The notes under the pieces were generated by a model, which searched no databases, was not told the DNA's origin, and saw nothing but the letters and a program-made list of their open reading frames with translations. Both the position numbers and the translations under genes were made by a program. DNA of 64,000 nt from an uncultured delta proteobacterium (GTDB taxonomy: Bacteria; Desulfobacterota; Desulfobacteria; Desulfobacterales; JAHEIW01): contig CAVPNL010000013.1 of assembly GCA_963706575.1 (NCBI GenBank), positions 1-64,000 of the forward strand. Direction: 5' to 3'. This document shows positions 1-10,083 of the stretch, piece by piece; position 1 is the stretch's first letter, and every line of letters starts with the position of its first letter.

Positions 1-96
1 GGAACGGAGAATCGTCACTTGTTTAATGATCCGATGGTGTCGGTTTCTTTTGGAACCGTCAACATTTAAGGAAATCGAGTTCTGTCGTGATAACAT
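1..96 (-). CDS. 5' part of a hypothetical protein running off the window edge (MLSRQNSISLNV...)
   Basis: GGAGG RBS upstream of ATG at 96 on the minus strand; frame open to position 1; same direction as the neighbouring genes. Confidence 0.4.
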   Translation of the reverse strand, partial: MLSRQNSISLNVDGSKRNRHHRIIKQVTILRS

Positions 97-154
97 GCGT
101 AATCCACCTCCTCGGTTCTTATTTCGCGTAACCTGCTTGCACCAGCTGTTCTTG

Positions 155-721
155 TCATAGCCCCAAAATATGTCTTTTAAATGATTGGTTAATCGGCTCA
201 GGACCGAGCCAAATTGAAAATACCGCTGCAGCGAAGTCGGCGCCTTCAATGGTGCCTTTGGGTTCGCCATTCAGGGCCAACTCAGTACCTTTGCCCGGAA
301 TATAAGTCAGGGAGTAGCGATCTCCGGGCTGAACATCCTCGTACAGAGAATTGTGGTAATCAATTTGAGGGCGCAGCTGTTTATAAGTTTCCGAATCCAC
401 ATTCTTGGCGATGCTTTTGTCGGTCGCTGGGCCGAAGTCTTTGCCCCGAATGGGTCTCAGATATTCGATTTCAATTCGTTTAGCTTTGTCTGAAAGGGCT
501 TCTTCGATGGTGCACCCCTCTTCAAGATAGAGAGCGCCCACGTATGCTTTGAACCCCCAATAGCGCAACAAGCCTGCTCCTGTTAGGTTAAGTGTTGTGT
601 TCTCAACAGTGAGACTTTTGTTGAAGTACACTCCGTCTATCTCTGCAGCGTCAATCCCGGAAGGAACAGTGACTGCGGCGATCAGCAAAACTATTATCCC
701 TTTAGAAATGTGATGATTCAT
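155..721 (-). CDS. chalcone isomerase-like family protein (secreted)
   Basis: Signal peptide; LNLTGAGLLRYWGFKAYVGALYL and FAAAVFSIWLG motifs typical of Chalcone_3 proteins. Confidence 0.8.
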   Translation of the reverse strand: MNHHISKGIIVLLIAAVTVPSGIDAAEIDGVYFNKSLTVENTTLNLTGAGLLRYWGFKAYVGALYLEEGCTIEEALSDKAKRIEIEYLRPIRGKDFGPATDKSIAKNVDSETYKQLRPQIDYHNSLYEDVQPGDRYSLTYIPGKGTELALNGEPKGTIEGADFAAAVFSIWLGPEPINQSFKRHILGL

Positions 722-1024
722 TTAAGATCTCGACTTTTCTTATCAAAATTTACGAGCGGATCGCGGTTCGAATTTCCTGAGCTACTCCCACTGACTTATT
801 TTGAGTTCAACCCTGTTTTAACTTGGCTCACTGAGCCTGCCCATTGCTTTTGATTTTTGCATCAGCGTAATATCATAATCTGCATTCGATTTTGAAAATC
901 AATATGAGAAAAAAATGAGTATAATGATAGGTTAAAACTGTTATTTAAGAGTTATTGCTTAATTGTGCAACGTCCTGATTTTTTATGTTTTATTGGCAAG
1001 TAAAATCAATTTTGTTTGTTCGGG

Positions 1025-1325
1025 TTCTGTTTTTGCCGAATATCGGCCGCTCGAACCAGGCCCGATCATGAACGCCGAAAACTCGGGCCACAACGGTATA
1101 GGAGTTGGGGTCCCCACCAGCCAGAAAGTATTTGTTGTTAATGGCCATCGTTGTTCGAAATGCAGGTCGCGGGGTTTGAAAAACAGGTTGCCGAAAGGGC
1201 TACCCGGGTGCGCCAGGCTTTTTGTGGCTGAGGTAACCGCGATCGCAGACAATCAAAGCGGCCTTGCGGCCCAGGCCTGAGGCAACATCGGCCGGTGATC
1301 CGCGTTGAATCACCATCTCGATGCG
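1025..1325 (-). pseudogene. relic of a class II CPD photolyase (internal deletion, frameshift, missing N-terminus)
   Basis: Manual translation gives IEMVIQRGSPADVASGLGRKAALIVCDRGYL/QKAWRTRVA joined to TPRPAFRTTMAINNKYFLAGGDPNSYTVVARVFGVHDRAWFERPIFGK, which resemble N- and C-terminal class II photolyase segments. Confidence 0.75.
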
Positions 1326-1327
1326 GT

Positions 1328-2869
1328 TCACCGAGTGCGTGCCGGCGGCAAGGCGCAAGTGGTATGCAGTTTGGGTGTAAATCGTTCAGGACCATATATG
1401 ATGGGCCTGTTGATGGATTTGGCAATGGCTTTGAGCATGCCGAAAAAAATCCACTGATGGAAGGGATAAAGCCCGTACCAGTACAGCATGCCGAATATGC
1501 CTTTGGGTAAAAATCGCGAGAGCATCTGCAATTCCACCTGAGCGCTGCCAATGGGGGTGATTTGAAATTCGAGCAATGCATCTCCCGGTGTTTTCATTTC
1601 CGCCACCAGCAGCAAACGCCGGGGTGCCTCGACTTCCAAAACCCGCCAGAAATCCAAAGCGTCACCGACGCCAATCTCAGAAGGATGACGGCGTCCCCGC
1701 CGCAGCCCGACACCGCCCACCAGCCGGTCTATGATGCCCCGCAAGCGCCACAGAAAGTTGCCGAAGTACCAGCCGGTTTTACCGCCGATGCGGCAGACGG
1801 ATTGCCAGACATCTGCGGCGGTTGCCTGCAGTTTTACGCGATAACCGCAGCTCATGATGGTTCCGCCGGCCCAATCGGCGTCGCCGCAGTGGGCCCATTC
1901 AGGTTCCAGCAAATTGCCGGCATCCATCCAGCAGGTATCCACCTGCTCTTGCTGGATGCGATCCAGCGCCAACCGGATCGCTTCACGGCAGGTCAGCAAT
2001 TTCTGCGGAATAATCGACTGAATCCGATTTTCGGTGCAGACCGCATCGCTGGTCAATCCTTCCGTCAACGGCAGCGCTATTGATTTGGGAACCGGGCTGA
2101 TCAGATGGATCCACAGGGCACTTAGGGTGGGAGTGAGAACCGGTACCGGTATGATCAACCGCTTGGCAAGATGCGCCTCCTCGGCATAGATATCCAACAA
2201 ATCACGATAGGTCAGAATGTCCGGACCGCCGATATCGTAGGTTTGACCAACGGTTTGGTCATGTTCAAGGCAGCCGATCAGATAGGTGATGACATTGCGG
2301 ATGGCGATCGGCTGATTTAATGACCGCACCCAACGGGGCGTGGTCATGATCGGCAGACGTTCAACCAGGTAACGCAGAATTTCAAAAGAGGCACTGCCCG
2401 ATCCCAGGATCATGGGCGTCCGTAGATCCGTTGTGGGGACCGCACCGGACTGCAAAATCTCGGCCACCTCGATGCGCGATTGCAGGTGTTTGCTCAAGGA
2501 TGCCTGCTTGGCCTCCGCCAATCCGCCCAGGTATATCATTCTTTCCAGCCCTGTGGCGGCGGCGGCTTCTACCATGTGGCGCGCGGCCCGCCGGTCGGCC
2601 TCAACGAACTTTTTTTTCTGGGCAATCATGGAGTGGACCAGGTAATAGGCGGCCCAGCATCCAGCGGCTGCTTTTTTAAGGGATTCAAGGTCAAGAACAT
2701 CCCCCTGGACCAACTCCACCTGATCATGATGGGCCCAGGGGCGGCAGGCCACTTTTGCCAGGGTACGGCCCATGGCCCGCACCCGATACCCTGCATCGAG
2801 CAAGGCCGGAATGAGCCGGCCGCCGACATACCCGGTGGCACCGGTGACGAGTATTGGTTTTGAATGCAT
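1328..2869 (-). CDS. SDR/NAD(P)-binding oxidoreductase with C-terminal DUF2867 (YbjT-like)
   Basis: ILVTGATGYVGG Rossmann motif; GDALDFWRV and LYWYGLYPFH DUF2867-type motifs. Confidence 0.85.
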   Translation of the reverse strand: MHSKPILVTGATGYVGGRLIPALLDAGYRVRAMGRTLAKVACRPWAHHDQVELVQGDVLDLESLKKAAAGCWAAYYLVHSMIAQKKKFVEADRRAARHMVEAAAATGLERMIYLGGLAEAKQASLSKHLQSRIEVAEILQSGAVPTTDLRTPMILGSGSASFEILRYLVERLPIMTTPRWVRSLNQPIAIRNVITYLIGCLEHDQTVGQTYDIGGPDILTYRDLLDIYAEEAHLAKRLIIPVPVLTPTLSALWIHLISPVPKSIALPLTEGLTSDAVCTENRIQSIIPQKLLTCREAIRLALDRIQQEQVDTCWMDAGNLLEPEWAHCGDADWAGGTIMSCGYRVKLQATAADVWQSVCRIGGKTGWYFGNFLWRLRGIIDRLVGGVGLRRGRRHPSEIGVGDALDFWRVLEVEAPRRLLLVAEMKTPGDALLEFQITPIGSAQVELQMLSRFLPKGIFGMLYWYGLYPFHQWIFFGMLKAIAKSINRPIIYGPERFTPKLHTTCALPPARTR

Positions 2870-2995
2870 AACAATCCTTTTGAAATTGGATTTTAGAATT
2901 TGTTTCGTATTTCGGCCAATTTTATAAGATCAGGCGTGCTTTGAATTTTATCTCTGATTGCACCTGGATCAGCTTTCAAAGACTTTAATCTTTTC

Positions 2996-3946
2996 CTATA
3001 CGTGAGTTCTCAATTTGAGCTCCACCGGATGCGGGTTCAGGTACGTCTGCATCTTGAGATACGGTTGATCATATTTGCGCACATAATGATTAATCAAGGT
3101 AAGCGGAACGATCAGGGGTGCAAACCCCTGTCGGTACAGCGCGGACACCTCCAGCAGCTCCTGTTTCTCATCTCCGGTTAACTGCTTCTTAAAATAGCCC
3201 AGCAGGTGCTGCAACACATTGATATTCTTTTTTACGGTGGTTTTGAGTTCCAGGGCTTGCATTAGAAGATGCTCATATTGGCTGTAAAGCTCTTTGATGG
3301 GCATTTTCTTGCCGCCGGCAACGGTCTTTCCCATCAGCCGGTAGTGTTTCTGGCTGTGGGACAAAATTAAAAGTTTATTGCATGTATGGAAATTCACAAG
3401 GTTTCCCATACTACGCTTTTTTTTGATGCTATCCCGCCAGCGTTTCAAGGTAAAAATGCGCTCGATAAAATTTTCTCGAATCTCCGGATTGTGGAGTCGA
3501 CCGTCATCCTCGACCGGTATGCGCTGAAAATGGTCCATATACGCCCGGGCAAACATGCCTACCCCTTTCTTTTCCGGCATTCCCTTTTCGCTGTATACTT
3601 TCACCCGTATCATGCCGCTGGAAGGAGAATCGCACTTGAAAATAAAGCCACACAGATCTTCTTTTTCGAGTTCTTTTACGCGCTCTTTGGCCCAGCGGGT
3701 CATTTGATCGGTGTGATCCGTTTTACTCTTGAAAGTAATCAGACGGGGGTTTTCAGGATCGCCGACCAGACGCATTGATTCCCTGGGAATCCCAAAACCA
3801 GCTTCGACTTCGGGGCACACGGGAACGTATTCAACAAACTGGCCCAAGGTATCTGTCAAGTATCGATCGCGCTGATGACCGGCATTCCAACGCACATTAT
3901 TTCCGAGCAGACAGCTGCTGATCCCAAGTCTTATTTTTTCTTCCAT
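2996..3946 (-). CDS. DUF523/DUF1722 protein (YbgA family, 2-thiouracil desulfurase-like N-domain)
   Basis: GISSCLLGNNVRW, VCPEVE, KCDSPSSG and YLNPHP motifs; start reassigned to ATG 3946 after a GGAG RBS. Confidence 0.9.
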   Translation of the reverse strand: MEEKIRLGISSCLLGNNVRWNAGHQRDRYLTDTLGQFVEYVPVCPEVEAGFGIPRESMRLVGDPENPRLITFKSKTDHTDQMTRWAKERVKELEKEDLCGFIFKCDSPSSGMIRVKVYSEKGMPEKKGVGMFARAYMDHFQRIPVEDDGRLHNPEIRENFIERIFTLKRWRDSIKKKRSMGNLVNFHTCNKLLILSHSQKHYRLMGKTVAGGKKMPIKELYSQYEHLLMQALELKTTVKKNINVLQHLLGYFKKQLTGDEKQELLEVSALYRQGFAPLIVPLTLINHYVRKYDQPYLKMQTYLNPHPVELKLRTHV

Positions 3947-4100
3947 GCCAAATCTCCTCTCGAGCTGGATGTTCGTTGAACAACAGATAGAAATCGCCGC
4001 GTCATTCAGTCGCATCTTTGGTGAAATGTCATTTTTTTATAGTCGTATTTATGCTAATTATCAAAACTGACACAAACCACAGAAGGGGTAACAGATAAAT

Positions 4101-4526
4101 ATGTTGGACCAAATGAAAGCCCTGGCCAGAGAAAAAAACACGTGCGTGCTGGCGACGGATGCCGGCGGAAAACCGTATTGTTCCCTGATGGCTTACGTGA
4201 CCGACGCATCCTGTCAAGAAATTTACATGGTGACGCACAGAAACACGCAAAAATACAAAAATCTGATGAAAAATCCTGCGGTCAGTCTGCTGATCGACTC
4301 TCGTGAAAAAACACCTCGCAACCGTGTTCAGGCACTTACGGTGGAAGGATCTTTCCATAAAATCGAGGACGACGCCAAACGAACCCAGATCAGAAGAATG
4401 TTGATCAAAACGCATCCGCATCTATCCGATTTTATCGATCATGCCGAAGCGGAAATTTTTTGCATTAAAGTCGGTTCGTTCCTGTTACTCAACGGTCTCA
4501 GCGAGGCGCATTTTCAGGCGATGTAA
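4101..4526 (+). CDS. pyridoxamine 5'-phosphate oxidase-like (split-barrel flavin-binding) protein
   Basis: CVLATDAGGKPYCSLM and KYKNLMKNPAVSLLID motifs. Confidence 0.85.
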   Translation: MLDQMKALAREKNTCVLATDAGGKPYCSLMAYVTDASCQEIYMVTHRNTQKYKNLMKNPAVSLLIDSREKTPRNRVQALTVEGSFHKIEDDAKRTQIRRMLIKTHPHLSDFIDHAEAEIFCIKVGSFLLLNGLSEAHFQAM

Positions 4527-4635
4527 ACCTGTATTTTAGATAAAAAATTTCTTCAGTCCGTGCGCATTTCGAATCGGATCACCATCCTCCGGCGGCGGAC
4601 CATCGGGCAAAAGATGGTTATTTTAAAGACAGTTT

Positions 4636-6834
4636 TTAGATTTCCCCCGTTCCAATGGTAACGATCCCCAAATAGCCATCCACGGTGATTTTATCTCCGG
4701 TTTCAATCAGGGCAGTGGCCTCCGGAATACCGGTGACGCACGGCAGCCCGTATTCCCGAGCGATGATGGCCCCATGGATCAGCATGCCGCCCCTGCGCTC
4801 CACCACGGCTGAAGCCAGGGGCACCACAAACGTCATGTTGGGGTCCACCGCATCGCAGACCAGCACTTCTCCATGTTTGAAATCCGCCAGATCGGCATGT
4901 TGCCGAATCAGCCGCGCTCTGCCGTTCGCTATACCGGGACCCCCCGGCTGGCCGATCAACTGCCTGGGCTTAATATCAAATGTGGCCCCGGCCTTCATGC
5001 GGTAGGGGTTGAGGGTCTCTGCCGAATGATCCAGATCGGCTAAGACCGCTTCTAATTCGTTGGCTGTCGAAGCGTCAGGCCCCTTGGATTGCGCGTTTTC
5101 AATTCGCTGTCGGGCTTCTCGAATCGCTGCCAGTAATTGGGCCTCGATTCTGCCCAGGTAAATATTGTCATCATCTCTTAATTGATAGCTGGTGCGGCCC
5201 AAATCGAGATACTCGACGGCCTGGGTTCGTTGATCGCCCGCAAAGCAAGCTAAAAATTTTTCTTTAAGGATTTCCACGTTCGCGGATTTTTGCCGGCCAC
5301 CTGGGGCGGGAGGATGATTTGCCATTTCAAGTAAAATTTTGATCAACGGTTCCGAATCCTGAACACACTGGCTCCCACCGGTCACGGCGCAGGAAAGGTC
5401 ACCAAATTGGCGGATAAAGGTTTCAACTCGGGTTTGAAAATCAGGGTCGGCCTCGGCATAAAGGCCTTTTTGTAATTGCGCTGCCAGCCGGTGATTGTTG
5501 CGAATCTGATCAGCCAGATCCTCCAGCATTCGGTTGCGCTCCAGACTGGCCATTTCCGTTTGGGTCAGCAGGTCGACAAACTCGTAAGGGTCTTCGGGCT
5601 GGATGGCATCATTGTATATCTGACCAAATAATCGCACACCATGGGCAAACGGGATAAAATCATCCCAATAAACATTGACCCAATGGTGATTGATTTCCCA
5701 GCGACGTTTGATTTCTTCTGCCAGGGATCGATCGGATAACAGGGATAAATCGGTGGCCGCCAGTTCTTCTGCGGCAGCGATCATACCCGGAATCAGCTCC
5801 TGCTCGATTTTTTTTCGCAGCGATTTCAGATTCTCAAAACTGCGGTGCAAACTCAAATACCAGCCGCGGTTGTCTTCGGTTTTACCGTTGGAAAGGGTTG
5901 TGATGGGTCGTGACTGCAGGACAACCAGAGACTGGTCCTTGTATGTCCATTCGACGTCCTGGGGTGTGCCGAAGAAATCTTCCGCTCGAAGCGCCTGACC
6001 GAATACTTCCCGGGTTTCTTCTGCATTCAGCGGAGGTCTCTGGGACATGCTTTCGGGCAACGGGTTCAACTGGACCCCTTGTTCAATCGGAACCATCCAA
6101 TAGCGGCGGGTCGCCGGTGTGTGGGTAATTATCCGCTGGGTTTTTCTATCCAGTATCCAGCGATCCGGCTCAACCGTGCCGTCGACCAGCCCCTGATTTA
6201 AACCGTAAACGGATTCGATAACGCCCTGGTAGGCATCATTCGGGTTTTGGGTAAATACCACCCCTGACCGATCGCCGGGCACAATCGCCTGGATCACCAC
6301 GGCCATCGTACTTTTTTCAACACTCAAACCGATTTCCTGACGATACAGTAAGGCCGCATCCGTCCACAGGGAGGCCCACACTTTGCGGATATGTTCCAGG
6401 ATCGCATCGATTCCGTTGATGTTGATATAGGACTCGTGTAACCCGGCAAAAGAAGCTTTGGCAGTGTCTTCCTCCGGGGCGGATGACCTCACAGCCACCG
6501 ATTTATCTTTGAAGCGGGACTGAATAACAGCGCTCAAGCGTTTTGCGATGTTACCCGGAATCTGCTTCCTCAGAAACATGTTACGGATTCGGGTCGCGCA
6601 ATCCCAGATCTCCTCCCATCGCATCTCCTTTAAATCTTTGCGATGCAGTTCAAGCTGGATGCGCTCCCGCAGTCCCGTGCGATCGACGTATTCCTGATAG
6701 GCATCGCTGGATATGCAAACGGTCTCCGGAATCTGAAAGCCGTTCTTGGCCAACAACGTCAGGGCATATCCTTTTCCGCCGACCCGCTGCCGATCTTCAT
6801 GTCGGATATCTTCTGCGGATATAATCCACTTCAT
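4636..6834 (-). CDS. PEP-utilising phosphotransferase (PEP synthase N-domain plus C-terminal swivelling His domain; rifampin phosphotransferase-like layout)
   Basis: VGGKG, AVRSSAPEED..SFAG, DVEW..LQSRPIT and GGMLIHGAIIAREYGLP; ATG 6834 overlaps the upstream stop (ATGA). Confidence 0.85.
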   Translation of the reverse strand: MKWIISAEDIRHEDRQRVGGKGYALTLLAKNGFQIPETVCISSDAYQEYVDRTGLRERIQLELHRKDLKEMRWEEIWDCATRIRNMFLRKQIPGNIAKRLSAVIQSRFKDKSVAVRSSAPEEDTAKASFAGLHESYININGIDAILEHIRKVWASLWTDAALLYRQEIGLSVEKSTMAVVIQAIVPGDRSGVVFTQNPNDAYQGVIESVYGLNQGLVDGTVEPDRWILDRKTQRIITHTPATRRYWMVPIEQGVQLNPLPESMSQRPPLNAEETREVFGQALRAEDFFGTPQDVEWTYKDQSLVVLQSRPITTLSNGKTEDNRGWYLSLHRSFENLKSLRKKIEQELIPGMIAAAEELAATDLSLLSDRSLAEEIKRRWEINHHWVNVYWDDFIPFAHGVRLFGQIYNDAIQPEDPYEFVDLLTQTEMASLERNRMLEDLADQIRNNHRLAAQLQKGLYAEADPDFQTRVETFIRQFGDLSCAVTGGSQCVQDSEPLIKILLEMANHPPAPGGRQKSANVEILKEKFLACFAGDQRTQAVEYLDLGRTSYQLRDDDNIYLGRIEAQLLAAIREARQRIENAQSKGPDASTANELEAVLADLDHSAETLNPYRMKAGATFDIKPRQLIGQPGGPGIANGRARLIRQHADLADFKHGEVLVCDAVDPNMTFVVPLASAVVERRGGMLIHGAIIAREYGLPCVTGIPEATALIETGDKITVDGYLGIVTIGTGEI

Positions 6835-7283
6835 CTGTTTAGGTGCAATTCCATGACATTTTGAAAGTTTTGAACCATAAAGTATGATTTTGCCGACACC
6901 CTGACCAAAGCACAAGACGGTGAACGAACAAAATCTTCAAGGTGCGGATGTTTTTTCAGATACCGTTCCAGAATCGGCTGCCGTTCCGAGCCTAGAACTT
7001 CGGTCGCATCACCAACTATCGTAACGGAAACGGCCCGATGGAAATCAACGGCCTGATTGGTACTGCTGTTGACGAGAATCGCTACCCTGGCGTCGGCTTT
7101 CAGATTTTCAAACTTGCGGGTCGCTTTGGGTGTTACGAAGAAAAGATGCTTCAAATCCTCGGTGGCATAAAATGCAACCAGGCTGGCATAGGGCTGCCCT
7201 GAACGATGGGTCGCGAGAACGCCGAGATTCTGAGATTCAAAAAGCTCCCTGAGTCGTTGCTGTATGGCTTGAGTTTTATCCAT
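6831..7283 (-). CDS. pyridoxamine 5'-phosphate oxidase-like protein
   Basis: GVLATHRSGQPYASLVAF and TRKFENLKADARVA motifs. Confidence 0.85.
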   Translation of the reverse strand: MDKTQAIQQRLRELFESQNLGVLATHRSGQPYASLVAFYATEDLKHLFFVTPKATRKFENLKADARVAILVNSSTNQAVDFHRAVSVTIVGDATEVLGSERQPILERYLKKHPHLEDFVRSPSCALVRVSAKSYFMVQNFQNVMELHLNR

Positions 7284-7292
7284 GCGCTGCGG

Positions 7293-7667
7293 TTACGTTC
7301 CATTTCCGATAAGCGGCAATTCCTGATCCACCTTAAAAAATACCAGAAATTTTGCTTCCTCTTTTTTATCAGGGTACTGCCTGCGGCGCAAGGACTTAAG
7401 CAAATCGGTATCCTTTTCCTCCCGAATCTTCGTCAGGATGAGTCGCTTACCTTTGTACCCAGGCCCGTCTTCATGGAACAAATAGGCTGCATGGGGGTTG
7501 CTTTGAAGGTTATGATGCATCAGACGATCGCGCATGATCATAGCGATGGTGCCATCTTCCATAACATGCGGTCTGGCGTATACAGCGGCACCCACTTTGC
7601 CATCACCATCTGCGGTAGCCATTATTCCAAAACCTTTTGTATTTTCAAAGTATTCCATAAGGTCCAT
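7293..7667 (-). CDS. pyridoxamine 5'-phosphate oxidase-like FMN-binding protein
   Basis: GIMATADGDGKV...YARPH...NLQSNPHA...YKGKRL...LPLIG; AGGAGG RBS. Confidence 0.85.
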   Translation of the reverse strand: MDLMEYFENTKGFGIMATADGDGKVGAAVYARPHVMEDGTIAMIMRDRLMHHNLQSNPHAAYLFHEDGPGYKGKRLILTKIREEKDTDLLKSLRRRQYPDKKEEAKFLVFFKVDQELPLIGNGT

Positions 7668-7786
7668 AGGATCCTCCTTTTGTCCCTATCGCGATATTAA
7701 AAAGAGCAAGGCATAAACCAAACCGACTCTGCCTTGCCTGCTGTTTATGAAGCTCCAGATTCGACCTGTATTGCACGCTTCTACTT

Positions 7787-7924
7787 TTATCCCTGAACGT
7801 CAATTCCCAGATCACAGCCCAGATGGGGATCTTTATCTTCACATTCGAAATTTTGCTCACGGGTATCAACATGTCCTTCTTCTCTTTCTTGATCTGATTC
7901 AACGTAATCTTGTATTGTGTTCAT
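7787..7924 (-). CDS. 45-aa acidic small protein (MNTIQDYVESDQEREEGHVDTREQNFECEDKDPHLGCDLGIDVQG)
   Basis: AGGAGG RBS a few nt before the ATG; first ORF of the PNPOx/PEP-utiliser run; below the ORF-track cutoff. Confidence 0.55.
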   Translation of the reverse strand: MNTIQDYVESDQEREEGHVDTREQNFECEDKDPHLGCDLGIDVQG

Positions 7925-8110
7925 AATTGGCCTCCTATAGTTTTTTTTAAGTGTTTCATGATTAATACTATATGCACACCCAAAAAATGTGCAACCAGAG
8001 AGAATTAGGCGTTTTATGATAGGAAAAACCTATTATAAGCTTTTTCAGAAACGCATCTTAAAGCGGTTTAATAAAATAAAGGTCTTGCGACAGTCACCTC
8101 AATTTCTTGA

Positions 8111-8367
8111 TCTAACGAACCGTCCCCGCAGCCTGCGTATTCAGGAACGTTGTTGACTAAGTTGACTAGCGAACCCGTTCTTCGTAATATTTTCGATATG
8201 ACCGAGGTGGAAATCTCTAATCTTTTTATAGTCTCGGCAAAATCATCTCACCTTGCCGACGCCTTATTCTATAATTCCCTTTCATCGTTCTTTTCCCAAA
8301 TTTCCACTTTCATCGTTTTTCTCCATAGGATCAGTAGATTTTAGTACAATTAGTCAACAAGGTCCCC
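8111..8367. mobile_element. degenerate transposase 3' remnant (REP-associated/IS200-like) bounded by inverted TTAGTCAACAA..TCC ends
   Basis: Inverted repeat at 8144-8160 and 8350-8365; minus-strand fragment ETIKRLEISTSVISKILRR resembles an HTH tail. Confidence 0.4.
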
Positions 8368-8539
8368 AAATTTCCATTAAAGCAAAATTTATTATCTAAT
8401 AAATTAGCTGTAATGAATCTGTGTTCATAAGTGTTTTCTGCGCTGTTGCATTGACAACCACAAATCCTATCGTTTAAAACCTTGGAAGATCTAGCCTTTA
8501 TAGAAATTTTCCAAAACCAACTAAAGGAGGAGAAAAAAG

Positions 8540-9310
8540 ATGAAGAACCAGCATACAGTCATAGGATTAATGGTTGTGCTGCTAACATTATTGCTGGTAA
8601 TCCCCGGAGCGCAGGCCGCAGACGTCTCTGTCGGTGGCGGTATCGGATTCAAACCCGACTATGAAGGTTCAGAAGACTACGAAGCGGTTCCCGTCCCGTT
8701 TGTCAATGTCAATTTTAATCACGGGATGTATATAAAATTGTTAGGGTTGAATCTCAGAGCCAACCTGATTCCCGAAAAAACGTGGAGTTTGGGGCCGGTG
8801 TACAATTATCGTGCGAAGCGCGACGATGTGGACAACGACGCCGTGGATAATATGAAATCTGTGAGCGATGCCAATGAGTTGGGTGCCTTCGGCGGTTTTA
8901 CGATCGATAACTGGTTTGTCTCTTTTGAATTTTTGACCGATGTGGGCGAAGCGCATGATGGGTGGTATTCCAAACTGAAAGGCGGCTACAATTGGGTCAT
9001 AAGCAATAGCTGGGCCCTTTCAATTGGCGCCTCCACCACCTATGCCGACGAAGACTATATGCAAACCTACTTTGGCGTCACAGCCGAGGATTCGGCGCGC
9101 AGCGGCCTGGACCGCTACAATGCGGATTCAGGTATCAAAGATGTCGGACTTGATCTTGGCTTGAACTGGATGATTAACAAAAATTGGAGCACCAAGGGTC
9201 TCGCCAGCTATACCCGCCTGGTGGGCGATGCCGATGATGACAGCCCGGTCGTAGATGAAGGCGATGAAGGTCAATTATTCGGCACTGTTCTGATCGTATA
9301 CACTTTTTAA
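8540..9310 (+). CDS. MipA/OmpV family outer-membrane protein
   Basis: Signal peptide; PDYEGSEDY, YMQTYFGVT and SPVV motifs; C-terminal YTF. Confidence 0.9.
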   Translation: MKNQHTVIGLMVVLLTLLLVIPGAQAADVSVGGGIGFKPDYEGSEDYEAVPVPFVNVNFNHGMYIKLLGLNLRANLIPEKTWSLGPVYNYRAKRDDVDNDAVDNMKSVSDANELGAFGGFTIDNWFVSFEFLTDVGEAHDGWYSKLKGGYNWVISNSWALSIGASTTYADEDYMQTYFGVTAEDSARSGLDRYNADSGIKDVGLDLGLNWMINKNWSTKGLASYTRLVGDADDDSPVVDEGDEGQLFGTVLIVYTF

Positions 9311-9376
9311 CAAGTGCGCCTCAATGCAAATGAATGCAGGGCTTCTGTAACTTTGAAGGTATTATAAAATTAGCGG

Positions 9377-9598
9377 ATGACTTGGAAACATACTTATCAT
9401 TCAGGATTTTGGATTAAGCAACGAAATCTACAATGTGGCGTTATATTTTCAATAATTTTAGGCTGGGTTCTTTCGATTATTGCCGGGTTGGGATCGTCCG
9501 TGGCTGCGGCGGAATCTTTACCCCCATTTCAGCAGACCCCAATCAATCTGCAGGCCTCAAAGATTTTCGATTTTCCACTCCGTGATCGCCTGGTTTAA
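9377..9598 (+). pseudogene. possible N-terminal fragment of a secreted protein, truncated at the convergent gene
   Basis: Signal-peptide-like segment (..SSVAAAE) followed by only about 20 codons before it overlaps the 3' end of 9557..9937. Confidence 0.35.
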
Positions 9599-9937
9599 AC
9601 TTTTAACCAAATTTTCGATTTCTTCGATGGTGTTCAGCGCTGCAACTCTTAAATTCACCCGCAGCTCATTTTCAAAGCGAATTTTTTGCTTTTCCAATTC
9701 ATCATCGATCTGTTCCCGGTTCCAGGATATATGGGATTTCATAATTTTGCGGCGGGCCATGAACTCATCAAATGTATGATCAAAATCCCTCTCCAGAATG
9801 GAGATCATTTCCTCATATGAGGGGATCTCAAATGTCCCTGCCAAAATTTGGTTAAGTGACTCCCTCACCAGGTGGCGGGCACAGTTCTTGGCGTCGGATA
9901 CGTAAAGTGGCGTTCTCTCTCTCTGCAATGTTTTCAT
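9557..9937 (-). CDS. hypothetical helical protein
   Basis: 126-aa ORF with protein-like composition; no motif recognised. Confidence 0.7.
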   Translation of the reverse strand: MKTLQRERTPLYVSDAKNCARHLVRESLNQILAGTFEIPSYEEMISILERDFDHTFDEFMARRKIMKSHISWNREQIDDELEKQKIRFENELRVNLRVAALNTIEEIENLVKSLNQAITEWKIENL

Positions 9938-10083
9938 TTTATTGTACCAACGTAATCATTAAGTTGCAGGCTGTCGAATTCAAGCAATGAATTTATATTA
10001 TCATTTTAAAGTGTTAAGCATAATACATACCATATGGCAATCGTTATTGTGAAACATTAAATATTAAAAAAATAAAAAAAAGC

